64,000 bases of DNA, taken from assembly GCF_006345805.1 (NCBI RefSeq), contig NC_043003.1, forward strand, positions 28,458,001 to 28,522,000, given 5' to 3'. The DNA comes from Octopus sinensis (Eukaryota). Within the stretch, counting starts at the first letter, position 1, and each line of letters begins with the position of its first letter. Of this stretch, positions 39,603 to 53,005 are shown in pieces. Under the pieces are notes generated by a model that was not told where the DNA came from, did no database searches, and saw only the letters and a program-made list of their open reading frames with translations. A program made the translations under genes and the position numbers.

Positions 39603-40843
39603 ACGTGTCCAAAGGAAGATGGTATAGTTGTTGTAGTACTTTTTCATGTATATGATTGAATGGTAAGCAGAAGTGAATTCAAAAGTCCAGTTTGACCGGC
39701 ATGCTCACGATTCTGTCTGCTTGTTGCTTTTTAATAATAATCCCTTCAACCATCGGCATATAGCTGAATTGTTGAGATATTCACTTCGCAGTCACAAAGT
39801 CACGGTTACGGTTTTGCTGAGCTGTATCTTGAGCAAGAATCACTTTCTATTACCTCGATACGACCCATTCTTAGTGGCTAAAATTTGGTAGAATGAAGCC
39901 CATCAAAGTGGTTGTACTTGTACTTCAAAAAGTACAGCATCGTCACACTTTGTCATTCTGACTCCGCCTGGTGATCACATTAAGAGTATACGTGCCTGTG
40001 GAATACTCAGTCACTTACACAGTAATTCCAAGAGCCTGGAAGCTCAATTGATCGAACAAGTGAACACTCATGGTCTGACATTCTGACCGAGATCCATTTA
40101 AACACTTGATAAACATACATTATTTCGAGCATCGCATAAACTTCAGCCGGTAAATTGGCTGGGGTGTTAGAACGTGGTAAAAAATTCTTCCGCCTTTTAG
40201 TATTCTGAGGTCGATAAAAAAAAATATCAATTCAGGGTGGTATATTGGCGGAACTATAACAATTTGGGACTGAATGTGCTGCGGTATTTGTTCCAGCTAT
40301 TCCCATTCTCAGTTCAAATTACGCTGAGGTTAACTTTTCTTTTTATCCATTTGGGGTCACTAAAAAGAAAATATCAATCCAAGGCAGTAGATTTGTGATT
40401 CTCTATGAATACCGGACTGGATGCATTACTGTATTTATTCCAACTTCCTCTATTCTCAGTTGAAATAGCGATATGGTTTGCACGGGTAGTTGACTTAACC
40501 CATCAACTGGTAGTTTGGGGTTCCGTAGTGGACTGAACACTGTTACAAGCGTTCACTAGATCTCCATCTCTGCTGCCCGCCAGTATCGGAAGCCTTATAA
40601 AGAGTCATGAGTATTATCTTTTTCCTTCGCTAAAAATTAAAAATACATTGATTTGTTGTCAAAAAATGGTTGTCAAAACAATGGAGTGTGGTTGTTTTCC
40701 ATTAGTGTTGTCAGGTGACTACAGAAATAGATAATTAATTAGATTTAACAAATTGTGATATAGGACTTGAACAAACAATTATTTTTCAATAGGGTAATTG
40801 ACAGATACTATTATATGATTATATGTTGGGTAGTTGGCCGTGC

Positions 40844-40915
40844 AGCAGAGTGGCGCAGTGGGAGCGTGCTGGGCCCATAACCCAGAGGTCCGTAGATCGA
40901 AACTACGCTCTGCTA
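40844..40915 (+). tRNA. tRNA-iMet-CAT: Initiator tRNA-Met (CAU), unit 2 plus copy; G20 variant
   Basis: Identical to 39140-39211; T5 about 10 nt downstream. Confidence 0.96.
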
Positions 40916-41236
40916 ACATGGTCACTTTTTCCTTCTGAATAGCTTTTGGAACTAATTGGGTGGATGTGGCCCTTAACGGTGTTTATTTTTAGGAAAATAG
41001 TTTTAATTTTTTCATCAATTTAATTATTCATTTTGATTATGCCATTTATACCAGATGCTCGTAGTCAATATTTTGTTCACTTCTGGTAATGTATACCCCA
41101 CCCAATATAACAAGAGTTTTCATACTTGTACCACTGTCATACGGGTTAAAGTTTCCACTAGGGAAGTTCTGATGTTTGAACAAATAAACAGCCACCCAAG
41201 AAAATATTAAGGAGGTAAAAGCAAAAAAAGATTTGT

Positions 41237-41308
41237 TAGCAGAGTGTAGTTTCGATCTACGGACCTCTGGGTTATGGGCCCAGCACGCTTCCACTGCGCC
41301 ACTCTGCT
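41237..41308 (-). tRNA. tRNA-iMet-CAT: Initiator tRNA-Met (CAU), unit 2 minus copy; one T-stem mismatch (G65A)
   Basis: 72-nt match to the iMet cloverleaf on the minus strand; T-stem CGTAG/CTACA. Confidence 0.92.
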
Positions 41309-42535
41309 GCTTGTCCAAAGAGAGATGGTATAGTTGTTATAGTATTTATCATGTATGTGATTGAATGGTAAACAGAAGTGAATCCAAAAATCCAGTCTGA
41401 CCGGTTTACTCACGATTCTGTCTGCTTGTTGCTTTTTAATAATAATCCTTTCAATCATCGGCATAAAACTGAATGGTTGAGATATTTGCTTCGCAGTCAC
41501 AAAATCACGGTTTCGGTTTTGCTGAGCTGCATCTTGAGCAAGAATCACTTTCCATTACCGCGATACGACCCATTCTCAGTGACTAAACTTTGGTAGAATG
41601 AAACCCGTCAGAGTGGTTGTACTTGTACTTCAAAAAGTACTGCTTCATCACACTTTGCCATTCTGACTCCGCCTGATGAGTACATTAAGAGTATACGTGC
41701 CTATGGAATACTCAGTCACTTACACAGTAATTCCAAGAGCCTGGAAGCTCAATTGATCGAACAAGTGGACATTCATGGTCTGGCATTCTGACCGAGATCC
41801 ATTTAAACACTTGATAAACATACATTATTTCGAGCAGCGCATAAACTTCAGCCGGTAAATTGGCTGAGGTATTAGAACGTGGTATAAAATTCCTCCGCCT
41901 TTTAGTCTTCTGATGTCGATAAAAAATAGTATCAATTCAGGGTGGTATATTGGCGGAACTATAACAACTTTGCACTGAATGAGCTGCGGTATTTGTTCCA
42001 GCTCTTTGCATTCTGAGTTCAAATTACGCTGAGGTCAACTTTTCTTTTTATCCATTCGGGGGTCACTAAAACGAAAATACCATTCCAAGGCAGTAGATTC
42101 GCGATACTCTATGAATACCGGACTGGATGCATTACGGTATTTATTCCAGTTTCCTCTATTCTGAGTTATAATAGCGATATGGTTTGCAAAGGTGGTTGAC
42201 TTAACCCATCAACTGCTACTTCCGTAGTGGAGTGAACACTGTTACAAGCGATCTCTAGATCTCCATCTCTGCTGCCCACCAGTATCGAAGCCTTATAAAG
42301 TGTCATGAGTATTATTTTTTCCCCTCACTAAAAATTTAAAATACATTGATTCCATTCAGTGTTGTCAAAAAAATGGAGTAGGGTTGTTTTCCATTAGCGT
42401 TGTCATTTGAGTACAAAAATAGATAATTAATTAGATTTAACAAATTGTAATAAAGAACTTGAACAAACACTTATTTTCCAATAGGGTAACTGACAAATAC
42501 TATTATATTATTACATGTTGGCTAGTTTCCAATTC

Positions 42536-42607
42536 AGCCGAGTGGCGCAGTGGGAGCGTGCTGGGCCCATAACCCAGAGGTCCGTAGATCGAAACTACGC
42601 TCTGCTA
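42536..42607 (+). tRNA. tRNA-iMet-CAT: Initiator tRNA-Met (CAU), unit 3 plus copy; acceptor-stem mismatch (A4C) and G20
   Basis: AGCCGAG...CTCTGCTA, otherwise identical to unit 1; different immediate 5' flank; T-run terminator. May be a weakened copy. Confidence 0.88.
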
Positions 42608-42972
42608 ACATGTTTTTTTCCTTCTAAATAGCCTTTGGAAGTAATTGGGTGGATGTGGTCTTTAACGGTGTTTATTTTTAGGAAAATAGTTTTAATTTTT
42701 TCATCAATTTAATTATTCATTTTGATTATGCCATTTATACCAGATGCTCGTAATCAATAGGGTAACTCTATGAATACCGGACTGGATGCATTACGGTATT
42801 TATTCCAGTTTCCTCTATTCTGAGTCTGGTAATGCATACCCCACCCAATATAACAGCTGTTTTCATACTTGTACCAATGTCGTACGGGTTAAAGTTTCCA
42901 CTAGGGAAATTCTGATGTTTCAACAAATAAACAGCCACCCAAGAAAAGGAGGTAAAAAAAAAAAAAAATTGT

Positions 42973-43044
42973 TAGCAGAGCGTAGTTTCGATCTACGGAC
43001 CTCTGGGTTATGGGCCCAGCACGCTTCCACTGCGCCACTCTGCT
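42973..43044 (-). tRNA. tRNA-iMet-CAT: Initiator tRNA-Met (CAU), unit 3 minus copy, fully paired
   Basis: Complete cloverleaf with AGTGGAA D-loop; long T-run downstream on the minus strand. Confidence 0.97.
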
Positions 43045-43503
43045 GCTTGTCCAAATAGAGATGGTATAGTTGTTATAGTATTTATCATGTATGTGATTGA
43101 ATGGTAAACAGAAGTGAATCCAGAATCCAGTCGTCTGCGATGCAAGAAGACTGATGGTTTTTATTATTATCTTCCGCATTGCCACATCAAGTAAGGTAAA
43201 ATGTTTGTGCGTGTAGGGGGAAAATACCTGTTAATTACATCGTCTTCAGTTTATGACTGGTACTTAATTCGTCGACTCCAGAAGGATGAAAGATGAAGTC
43301 AATTTTAGAAGGTTGAGATTTGTAACTGGAAGGCACTAACAACTGACAATGATAATAGCAATAATCCTTTCTTCTATAGGTACGAGACCTGAATTTTGGT
43401 GGGAAGAGGGCTAATCGAATATATCGACGATAGTGCTCATCTGGTACTTAATTTATCGACCTCGAAAGACTGAAAGGCAACGTCGAGTGCCATTGTTATC
43501 AAG

Positions 43504-43788
43504 TGAACGATATTTCTGCATCTATTGTACCTTCCACAGGTTCAAAAAATAAACTTGTCAATCTACTTCATATTTGGTAATATTTTATAGGATTGAGGTA
43601 ACTCCTACAGTAGGTACAGAAGCAAAAAAAAAAAAAGAAGAGTTCACTTGATAACAGTGGCATTCTTCTTTTTATTTGCTTCTGTAGGAGTTACCTCAAT
43701 CCTATAAAATATTACCAAAAATGAAGTAGATTGACAAGTTTATTTTTTGAACCTGTGGAAGGTACAATAGATGCAGAAATATCGTTCA
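43504..43788. repeat. Near-perfect 107-bp inverted repeat with rearranged spacer
   Basis: 43504-43610 is the reverse complement of 43682-43788, with one mismatch seen. Confidence 0.95.
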
Positions 43789-44097
43789 CAATGGCACTCT
43801 TCTTTTTTTTTTTTGCTTTAATAATAATAATAATAATAATAATAATGATAACAATAAAAATAATAATCCTTTCTACTGGAAGCACAAGGCCTCAGATTTG
43901 AGGGAAGGTATTAAGTCGATTACATCGACCCCAGTTCGTAACAGGTAGTTATTTAATCAACCTCGAAAGGATGAAAGGCAAAGTCGACCTCGGTAGGATT
44001 TGAACTCAGAACGCAAAGACGGACGAAATAACGCTAGGTATTTTACCCGGCGTGCGCGTGCTTGATGATGATGATGATGATGATGATGATAATAATG

Positions 44098-44172
<75 letters not shown>

Positions 44173-45332
44173 GGCACAAGGCCAGCAATTTCGGGGAGAA
44201 GTGTAAATCGATTACATAGACATCAGTACGCAACTGGTACTTCTTTTATCGACCTTGAAAGGATGAAAGGCAAAGACCTCGGCGGAATTTGAACTCAGAA
44301 AGTAAAGACGGACGAAATGCTGCCGCTAAGCATTTTGACCGGCGAGCTCACGATTCTGTCAGCTTGCTGATTTTTAATAATAATCACTTCAACCATAGGC
44401 ACAGAGCCTGGAATTTTGGTGAGGGGGCTGGTCGATTACGTCGACCCCAGTACTTCACTGGTACTTATTTCATCAATGCTGAAAAACATAAAATGGCGAA
44501 GTCGGACTCGCCGGAATTTGAACTCGAAGCATTAAGACGTATGAAATGTAAGCATTTTTTTTTGTTTCGGTGTGCTAACGCTTTTGCTAGCTCACCACAA
44601 AGATGGTATCGTCAACGATGGCGACGACGATAACGTTGATGGTGGTGATGATAGTGATGATGGTGATGATGATGATGATGATGATGATGGAGATGATGAT
44701 GATAACGACGACGACCTTGGTGATTATGGTGGTGGTGATTATGCACATGATTTATATAGTTTTTCTCTTCATAACTTCATAGCTTCATTAGATACAAGCT
44801 GAAAGCAATTGCGGTAAATAAAGTGTAATGCTTATTGGCCACATTTATATAGGATTCGCAAAGGTATACAGTATTTGGCCATCGATACAAATTAGATATT
44901 ATTAGCAAAGGAGACACTCTTATAAGTAATGGCTATTTTTAGAATATTTACCATCATAACACGCGCTAGGTTATCTTGATCTCTGTCATATATTACGACC
45001 ACTGAACGAACGAAATTATCGTTATACATACATACATAAATACATACATACATTCATCAATGCATGCATACATACGTACATACATACATAAATACATACA
45101 TTCATCAATGCATGCATACATACACGCATACATAATTATATAAAGTTTATAGATATATGTATATATGTATATATGTATATACATATTTTCTCTACCTGTT
45201 TATTTTTGTGTTCCGTTCTGTCGAAGAGCGTAGGCTCGAAACGTAAAAGACTTCCTCACTTCCCGAGCGTTAAACTAATACATCTGTTTGTTATTTACAC
45301 ACTCGTCTTCATCTTTTGCTTTTTGTAAATTC

Positions 45333-45387
<55 letters not shown>

Positions 45388-45497
45388 ATTTGGGGATGGT
45401 TATGTTGCCAGTTTAACCAATAAAAACACATGCACTCTATATTTGGTGTTAATTTGCTTCAACTTTATTTTATTTTATATTAATTGTATTTCGGTGT

Positions 45498-45531
45498 GAG
45501 TTCTTTCGTCACACTTCTGTGACCTCATCAG
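45498..45531 (-). ncRNA. Hammerhead-like motif lacking an evident stem I
   Basis: CTGATGA-G-GTCAC agaagt GTGAC-GAAA-GAACTC. Confidence 0.4.
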
Positions 45532-46246
45532 TGGTCCTTTGCTTTCTCCTTTCTTATTTGTGTGTCTTTCCTTACAATCATTCATTAAAGCATTGTGCCG
45601 ATTCTGATCATTAGTAAGGAAAGACACACAAATAAGAAACCTGTCATGTGGATTGTTCCTTTCGTAGATTCTCACTGAGTGTTAAGTTAAAGATAAATAT
45701 GACTGTCGAATACTCAGCCACTTAGTAAGCTGATAATAGAGTGGTTTGATCAAACAACAGAATACTCAGTGTTGAAACCGATGGAAAGCCCTTTTAGTTA
45801 CATTTCTCCTAACACGCAAGTACGCGCGCGCACACACACACACAATCCAAAAATGTACAAAGTCAAGGAAAGAAAAACCAGAGTGTATTAGTTTTACGTT
45901 AAGGAAAAATAGAAGGAAAAGCATACAGTCTCCTACTGAAGGATTAGACGAGGAGAGACAAATAAAACAGAAACGAGCAAACGTCTATCAATCGCATATT
46001 AACACGTTCATGTTCAACCGGACATGGGAAAAACTTTCGCTGCGAAGATAGTCTCCGGAGAATTTCGGAAACAGTGTGTGAGAAAACACTTTATTGAGCT
46101 ACGAGTGACGTTATCGCACGGTAAGACCCTTGAATGTCTGTGTCGTTACGCCTCGTCAGATACAGATACTGAATCAGTTGTTCATAGTTCTATAAGATCT
46201 GTTGTTCTTATATATATGTATATATGTATATATATATATAATATAT

Positions 46247-46283
<37 letters not shown>

Positions 46284-46530
46284 AACATCATGATTAGCAT
46301 GCTGATTAGTACATGCTTGACTTATATATATACGTATATACATATGTACATATATAAATGTGTGTGTTTGTGTGTGTGTATTATGTGATATATAATATAT
46401 TATATTATATAACACAGAGTAGAGGAAATTGGAACCTTTCCATTATAATGTACATTATAATCTACATTTGTACTGAGTCCTGTAATTTATCACTCCTGGT
46501 GAATTAACACACACATACACACACACACAT

Positions 46531-46562
<32 letters not shown>

Positions 46563-46739
46563 TATATATATATATATATGTATATGTATATATATATATA
46601 TGTATATGTACATATAGCCGAAATTTGCCTTGATGAATCGGTTTCTGACTGAAGAATGAAGGCTCAGAATGACTGTCTGTTTTCCGTGTTCGTCAATTCG
46701 TGTATTTCACGTTCTCTATATATAAAGTTTTATTCTATA

Positions 46740-46914
46740 TATATGTAAATACGTATATATATTAATATATACATGTATATATGTATATATGTATATATAT
46801 ATATATATATGTTAGGAGGTTTATATACACATATATATATACACACATATATATATACATATATACATATATATACATGATATATATATATATACATACA
46901 TAATATATATATAC

Positions 46915-46950
<36 letters not shown>

Positions 46951-46993
46951 TATATATAATATATATATATATATGTATATGTATATATATATG

Positions 46994-47052
<59 letters not shown>

Positions 47053-47122
47053 ACATGTATATATATGTATATATGTATATATATATGTGTGTATATATAT
47101 ATGTGTATATAAACCTCCTAAC

Positions 47123-47159
<37 letters not shown>

Positions 47160-47170
47160 ATATATATATG
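46740..47170. repeat. Compound (TA)n/(TATG)n microsatellite with mirror-inverted halves; representative of dozens of SSR tracts (e.g. 1520-1610, 2300-2710, 15880-16117, 24235-24392, 33660-33955)
   Basis: Direct reading; these tracts generate most of the listed ORFs. Confidence 0.95.
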
Positions 47171-47449
47171 CTCACACACATTTAATATTCTATACCAATA
47201 TTGTACAAATATTAATTCATATAGGACGGTAAAATCATATTTTATTTAGAAAAATAAGTAAATCCTCGACTTGATTACAAAAGGTTAAACAAATAATTCA
47301 TTGCAATTCAATTTCAGGCCTTAGTTCCAATATATGAAGATAATAGCTACTAGTCTTTGATGGTTCTCTACTGCGTTACTTTGAGGAATAATAAAAGAGA
47401 AAAACTCAATCAAACAAACGTTTGTATATATTTAATTTCAATGGTTCTC

Positions 47450-47690
47450 CGTCAGTTACAACCACGAGTGTTTCAGATTATCCGACCAACCAAACGGCCT
47501 GCTCGTGATATTAGTAACTGAGCACTCCACAGACACGCGTACACTTTGCATTACAGGCATAACTCAACTGAGTGGACTGAGGTAACGTAGAATAGAATGT
47601 CTTGCTCAAGGACACGAATCGCCACCGAAATCGAACTCACGACTTTACGATCCTGAACCGAACACTCTAAACACTAAACCACACGCCTTC
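47450..47690 (-). mobile_element. SINE related to family C, decayed
   Basis: Tail similar to 5570-5690; tRNA-like head ...gatcgtaaagtcgtgagttcgatttc. Confidence 0.7.
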
Positions 47691-47698
47691 ACACGCAC

Positions 47699-47761
<63 letters not shown>

Positions 47762-47807
47762 ATATGTAAGGGAGTATTCATGCGTGTGTGTATAAGTTGG
47801 TAAATAT

Positions 47808-47995
47808 TATGTCATTTTGACTGTGGGCATGCTGGAGCACCATCTTTAGTCGAGCAAATCGAACCCAGAGCTTATTCTTTGTAAGCCTAATACTTATTCT
47901 ATCGGTCTCTCTTGCCGAACCGCTACGTTACGGGGACGTAAACACACCAGCATCGGTTGTCAAGTGATGTTGGGGGGACAAACACAGACACAGAA

Positions 47996-48027
<32 letters not shown>

Positions 48028-48210
48028 ACACACACACAGATACACACACATATATATATACCACGGGCTTCTTTCAGTTTCCGTCTACCAAATCTACTCA
48101 CAAGGCTTTGGTCGGTCCGAGACTATATTAGAAGACACTTGCCCAAGGTACCACGCAGTGGGACTGAACCTGGAACCATGTGGTTGGTAAGCAAGCTACT
48201 AACCACACAA
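47808..48210 (-). mobile_element. SINE family A
   Basis: Matches the consensus on the minus strand. Confidence 0.92.
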
Positions 48211-48837
48211 AACATACACCCACCCACGCATCCTATCTATCTATCTATGGGCTTATATGTATACATGCATATATACACACAAACATGTGCGTGTGTGTGT
48301 GTGCTGACCTGTGAGGTTCTACTGTGTTGTATCATATATTGGCAATAATATATTTATCAACAGTATATGCTAGCATGTCATACATAACTATACAGAATAA
48401 ATCATAAATGTATTCTTCAATCATACATCATTCCACACTTCTACCGATAATAAACCATACTAAATTTCACTGAAGATGACAGCCTCACCTAGAATTTACC
48501 CGTAAATCATTTTTCTCCATCGGTTTTCGAAGACATAAATTCAGTTGTTCGATAAACAGAATAACTTGCTCGTATAATTCTGCTCATTGAATTAATATAC
48601 AAGTGGTTGAGTATTCCGTTGAGTAGACACGTGCACCGTTGACGGTCTCTTTAGATAGATCGTGCACAACACTGTGTGACACAGTGAGTGACAAGGATGT
48701 AATACTTTGAGGTACACGTACAATCTATCCGACGCCTTTATATATTTAATTGTGTACATGTATGTATGTATGTATGTATGTATGTATGTATGTATGTATG
48801 TATGTATGAATGTATGTATGTATATACATATATATAA

Positions 48838-48891
<54 letters not shown>

Positions 48892-49868
48892 AAAACAAAA
48901 AATGGAACTAAAACGTAACAGGCGACAACAAAACACCTGGACAGTGAGACGATACAAAAAAGGACAGGTAAAAACATGCATGGGTCATTCGGAGTTTTCT
49001 GTCTTCAGTGGAGTTCCAGATTTTCTCAGCAGTTTCGATACATACATACATACATACATACATACATACATACATACATACATACATACATACATACATA
49101 CATACATGCATACATGCATACATACATACATACATACATACATACATACATACATACATACATAAGGATTAAGATATAAACTGAAATTAGGCAATCATAC
49201 TCATACAGTTATAAATTCGACTTAAAATGCGTATGCATATATTAATATATATCGACACATGAATATTTTTTTAAATATTTATAAAATATAAATATACATA
49301 AAAATACATGAAAATAAAACCCATGTAGGATACGTATGAAAAGAAGTGTAAGAAAAAGAGAACTAATAAAAAGAGGAATGAAAAAAAATTTTGTACTGAA
49401 ATTAAGAGTGGTTAAGAATATCAATTAAATGATCCATAGAGTCCGGTGTGTTTTTTAAAACTATAAGTGATATATAAGGTATATAATACAGTTGCAGGAG
49501 GTTCACTTTCAACGGCCGTTTCTAGAGTTCATGTCCTGGTAGAAAAATTGATAAATTTTACAACAAATGTGGACAACATCCCCTTCATCAGGAAAGGCAT
49601 ACTCATAAAATCACATTTTTGATACACACACACACACACTCACTCAAGAATATAACGAACACTCTACACTTCAGAACATTTCGTGGCTATTTAAAAGACC
49701 CAAACTACATGCATGCATGCATCCATCCATCCATCTATCCATCCATCCATCCATCCATCCATACATACATACATACATACATACATACATACTTACATAC
49801 ATACATACATACATACTACATACATACATGCATACATACATACATACATACATACATACATACATACA

Positions 49869-49899
<31 letters not shown>

Positions 49900-50699
49900 G
49901 TGAGTGCGTGCATGCGTGTTATTTTCGGCAGAAGCAGAATTAGTTTAAAATAGCAATCTGTGTATCATATTTAAATTATATATACACCATTGAAAACTGA
50001 TTTATCTGCGGTACACGTCTCTCAAGAGTGTTTTTTATAGAAGTATAATGTTAAAAACTACCTAAATATTTTAGGAGCAGATGAAAATCATTCAGCAGCG
50101 GCATTATTAAATATGTATTGTTTGCTCCCAAGTGGTACATATAAATTAGAAAAAAAAATACTGTTTAGAGAATTAATTCATTTTGAGTAATTATATAAAA
50201 TTGCACAGTATTCTTTTTTTTAAAGAAAATAACATATTTTCTCAGAAAATATAAGAAATTTGTAATATTTTATTTATGTTTAATATCTTGCTTAGACTCT
50301 GTCCTTGAGCCAAAATTTGAAACCAATATTTGAAATCAATATTTGCTTAGTTTTCTAGTATTAATTTTGGATTGGGGAGCTGAAATCGAACCCCCTCCAA
50401 AATTGTTCGCAATCAATAATTCCGAGTGAATTAGCATCCCCAGACCAACTGAATACGCGGCATCCTTTTTGAAACCACTCATCCATCCATCCCCGCTCAC
50501 TAATTTTGGGGAAGAGCTCTGAAGTATATCTTTCATGTAGTCCTATCAGAAACAATCATCATCACACTTTGCTGTTGGATTCCCAAGCATGGCCAATGAA
50601 GATTAAGGATATTAACCAACCTCTTCATTCTTGGTTTACCCCTATGATCTCCAGTCAGTTGGCTCGGATTGAAGAATCTGTCTTTCGATTCTTCCTTGC

Positions 50700-50902
50700 G
50701 ACATTCTAAGGATATGTTTTTAACACTGGAGTTGTGATCTCTCCATGCGGGGAAACAGTGGCTCAACTTGGAGAGACTTCCAGATATCGGAGTTACGCAC
50801 CCTTTTTTTGAAACAATTTATCCAAAATATAATAGTGAATTCATGTGGCTGTATTTTTCAAAATTGTTAATAAACCCGGGCAATGCCGAGTAGTATAGCT
50901 AG
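50700..50902 (+). mobile_element. Non-autonomous Helitron 3' end
   Basis: cccgggcaatgccgag hairpin followed by CTAG|T (50899-50903); same family terminus as 63597. Confidence 0.6.
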
Positions 50903-51452
50903 TATAACAGAGAATTTTTACCTTCGCTTATATTAGTGTTACATACTTAGAAATACGAAGGGACTACTGTTAATGGGAAATGTCTTAGAAACGGATAAAC
51001 ATATGACTAATAAATTATAATAGTTCCACAGAGAACATTACAACAGTACAGCATTAAATCTGCGTTAGTACATAATTTACGACCAATTTATGAAATATAG
51101 ATTAAATAATAACAACAACCCATAGGGACTGCTAGTTTCAAGTGTGATATCATAGCCGAGGATATTAAGTCAAAAGAATTCTGATTTCAGATAGTTAGGA
51201 CCATATTTTTCAAAGCTTTTATAAGGACACTTGGATTTGCGATAGTATTTTAGCGGGATAAATTAAGGAAGATATCCTCAATCTGTAGACCTGGCCCGAA
51301 TGCTTGCAACACTGAAGGCTCCACTACAGGTGCACAAGGTGTCAGGTAAAGGGTTAAGTAGCCCTTAAGACACAAGGTGTCAGGACAGTCAAAAGGTTAA
51401 GTAGCCCCCGTCTCTCTTTTTATTGAACGATACGCCAAGAAAAACCAAAAGG

Positions 51453-51605
51453 CGCACGCATGGGTGTGTGGTAAGAAACTTGCTTCCCAACCAGATGGTT
51501 CAGTCCCACTGCGTGGTACCTTGGGCAAGTGTCTTCTACTATAGCCTCAGGCCGACCAAAGCCTTGAGTGTGGATTTGGTAGACGGAAACTGAAAGAAGC
51601 CCGTC

Positions 51606-51689
<84 letters not shown>

Positions 51690-51757
51690 ATATTTATGTG
51701 AGTCTTTGCGTCTGCGTTTGTCCCCATTACTGCTTGACAACTGGTGTTGGTGTGTTT
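51453..51757 (+). mobile_element. SINE family A, 3'-truncated
   Basis: Head gtgtggtaagaaacttgcttcccaacc..., body and internal microsatellite present. Confidence 0.88.
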
Positions 51758-51970
51758 TATATAGCAATGACAAATACCTCCAGAGGAATTTCGGTAGATG
51801 GTTACTGTGCAGAAGCTTATCGTATATCTGCGTGCGTGTGCTCTCGTGCGTATGTATGTATGTATGTATGTATTTATTTATTTATTTATATGTATGTGTG
51901 TCTTGGTGTAAAATATTGAGCAGCATTATATCAATATTATTTGATAAGAGAGAGAAAAAAAAGAGGTGAT

Positions 51971-52042
51971 TAGCAGAGCGTAGTTTCGATCTATGGACCT
52001 CTGGGTTATGGGCCCAGCACGCTTCCACTGCGCCACTCTGCT
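51971..52042 (-). tRNA. tRNA-iMet-CAT: Initiator tRNA-Met (CAU), cluster 2 copy A1; one T-stem mismatch (G50A)
   Basis: 72-nt iMet sequence; T-stem CATAG/CTACG; T8 terminator. Confidence 0.92.
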
Positions 52043-52729
52043 TCCGCATATCTTTTTATTCGTATATTACCTATTATTTATTGCTAGTAAGGTTTTTATA
52101 CGCGAATGGACAAAGAGAAAATGAATGTAATCTTTGTTTGTGTCAGACATATTACTGTCACAGTTGACTTAAACACACAAGACACCCACTACAGATGGAG
52201 AAGGTGTCAGGTAGTGGTGTTGAACTGTACGACGGATTAAGTTTATTTCTCAAGTAGAGGCCGTGATGGAGTTTGAAGTGAGAACACAAAGAGACAAAAC
52301 AAAAAGCTTCAAGGCGTGGATCGTGAGCCACCGGCCGCGGACCAGTACCGCACCATGGATCATTTGGTGTCGGGCTGCACAGAAAGAATAATTTTATAAA
52401 TATTGATTTCATATTTTGGCACAACGCCAGCAACTTCAGAGGAGGGGGTTAAGTTGATTAAATCGACTCTGGTGATCAACTGGTATTCTTTTTATCGACC
52501 CTGAAAGGATGAAAGTTGGCCTTTGCGGAATTTGAACTCAGAACGTAAAGACGGACAAAATGCTGCCAAGCATTTTGCCCGGTGCGCTAACGATCCTGCA
52601 ATAATTTATAAATGTTCAGTTATATGATATATATATATATATATGCGTGTGTGTGTGTGTGTGTGTGTGGGTGCGTGTGTATACATACATACAAGCATAT
52701 ATATATACTATACATACATATATATCTAT

Positions 52730-52765
<36 letters not shown>

Positions 52766-53005
52766 TTTACAATGTAATAAAAGAAGATATAAAGTGCACA
52801 ATATTCAGTCTAATAATTATATTTGCATTACATATGTAATGATTAAGGTGACGAGCTAACCGGATCGTTAGTACACCGTAAAAATGCTTGGAAGCATTTC
52901 GTCCGACTTTACGTTCTGAGTTCAATGGCATAATGAGCAACCATAATGCATTGGTGCTATTTCATGAACAAATATTAAAGAAAAAGAAAGAATGAGAACA
53001 TCGCT

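Larger units (their letters stand above)
38080..43132. repeat. Tandem array of three ~1.7-kb units, each with decayed SINE pieces and a convergent tRNA-iMet pair
   Basis: Motif cttcgcagtcacaaa(g/a)tcacgg recurs near 38090, 39784 and 41489. Plus-strand tRNAs are spaced 1704 and 1692 bp, minus-strand tRNAs 1706 and 1736 bp. Spacer similarity is continuous. Confidence 0.95.

Noticed and set aside
38080-43132. CRISPR-like or rDNA/5S array
   Set aside because: Units are ~1.7 kb with homologous spacers and eukaryotic tRNA genes; no short repeat-unique spacer pattern and no rRNA sequence recognised.
50336-50766. Overlapping short ORFs in moderately complex sequence
   Set aside because: No recognisable domain or motif in any frame; could be an unrecognised decayed TE, which needs a BLASTx search to decide.
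51332-51408. Short tandem duplication CACAAGGTGTCAGG...GGTTAAGTAGCCC
   Set aside because: Two imperfect units in a fragment also resembling 35100-35160; most simply local slippage in a decayed repeat.
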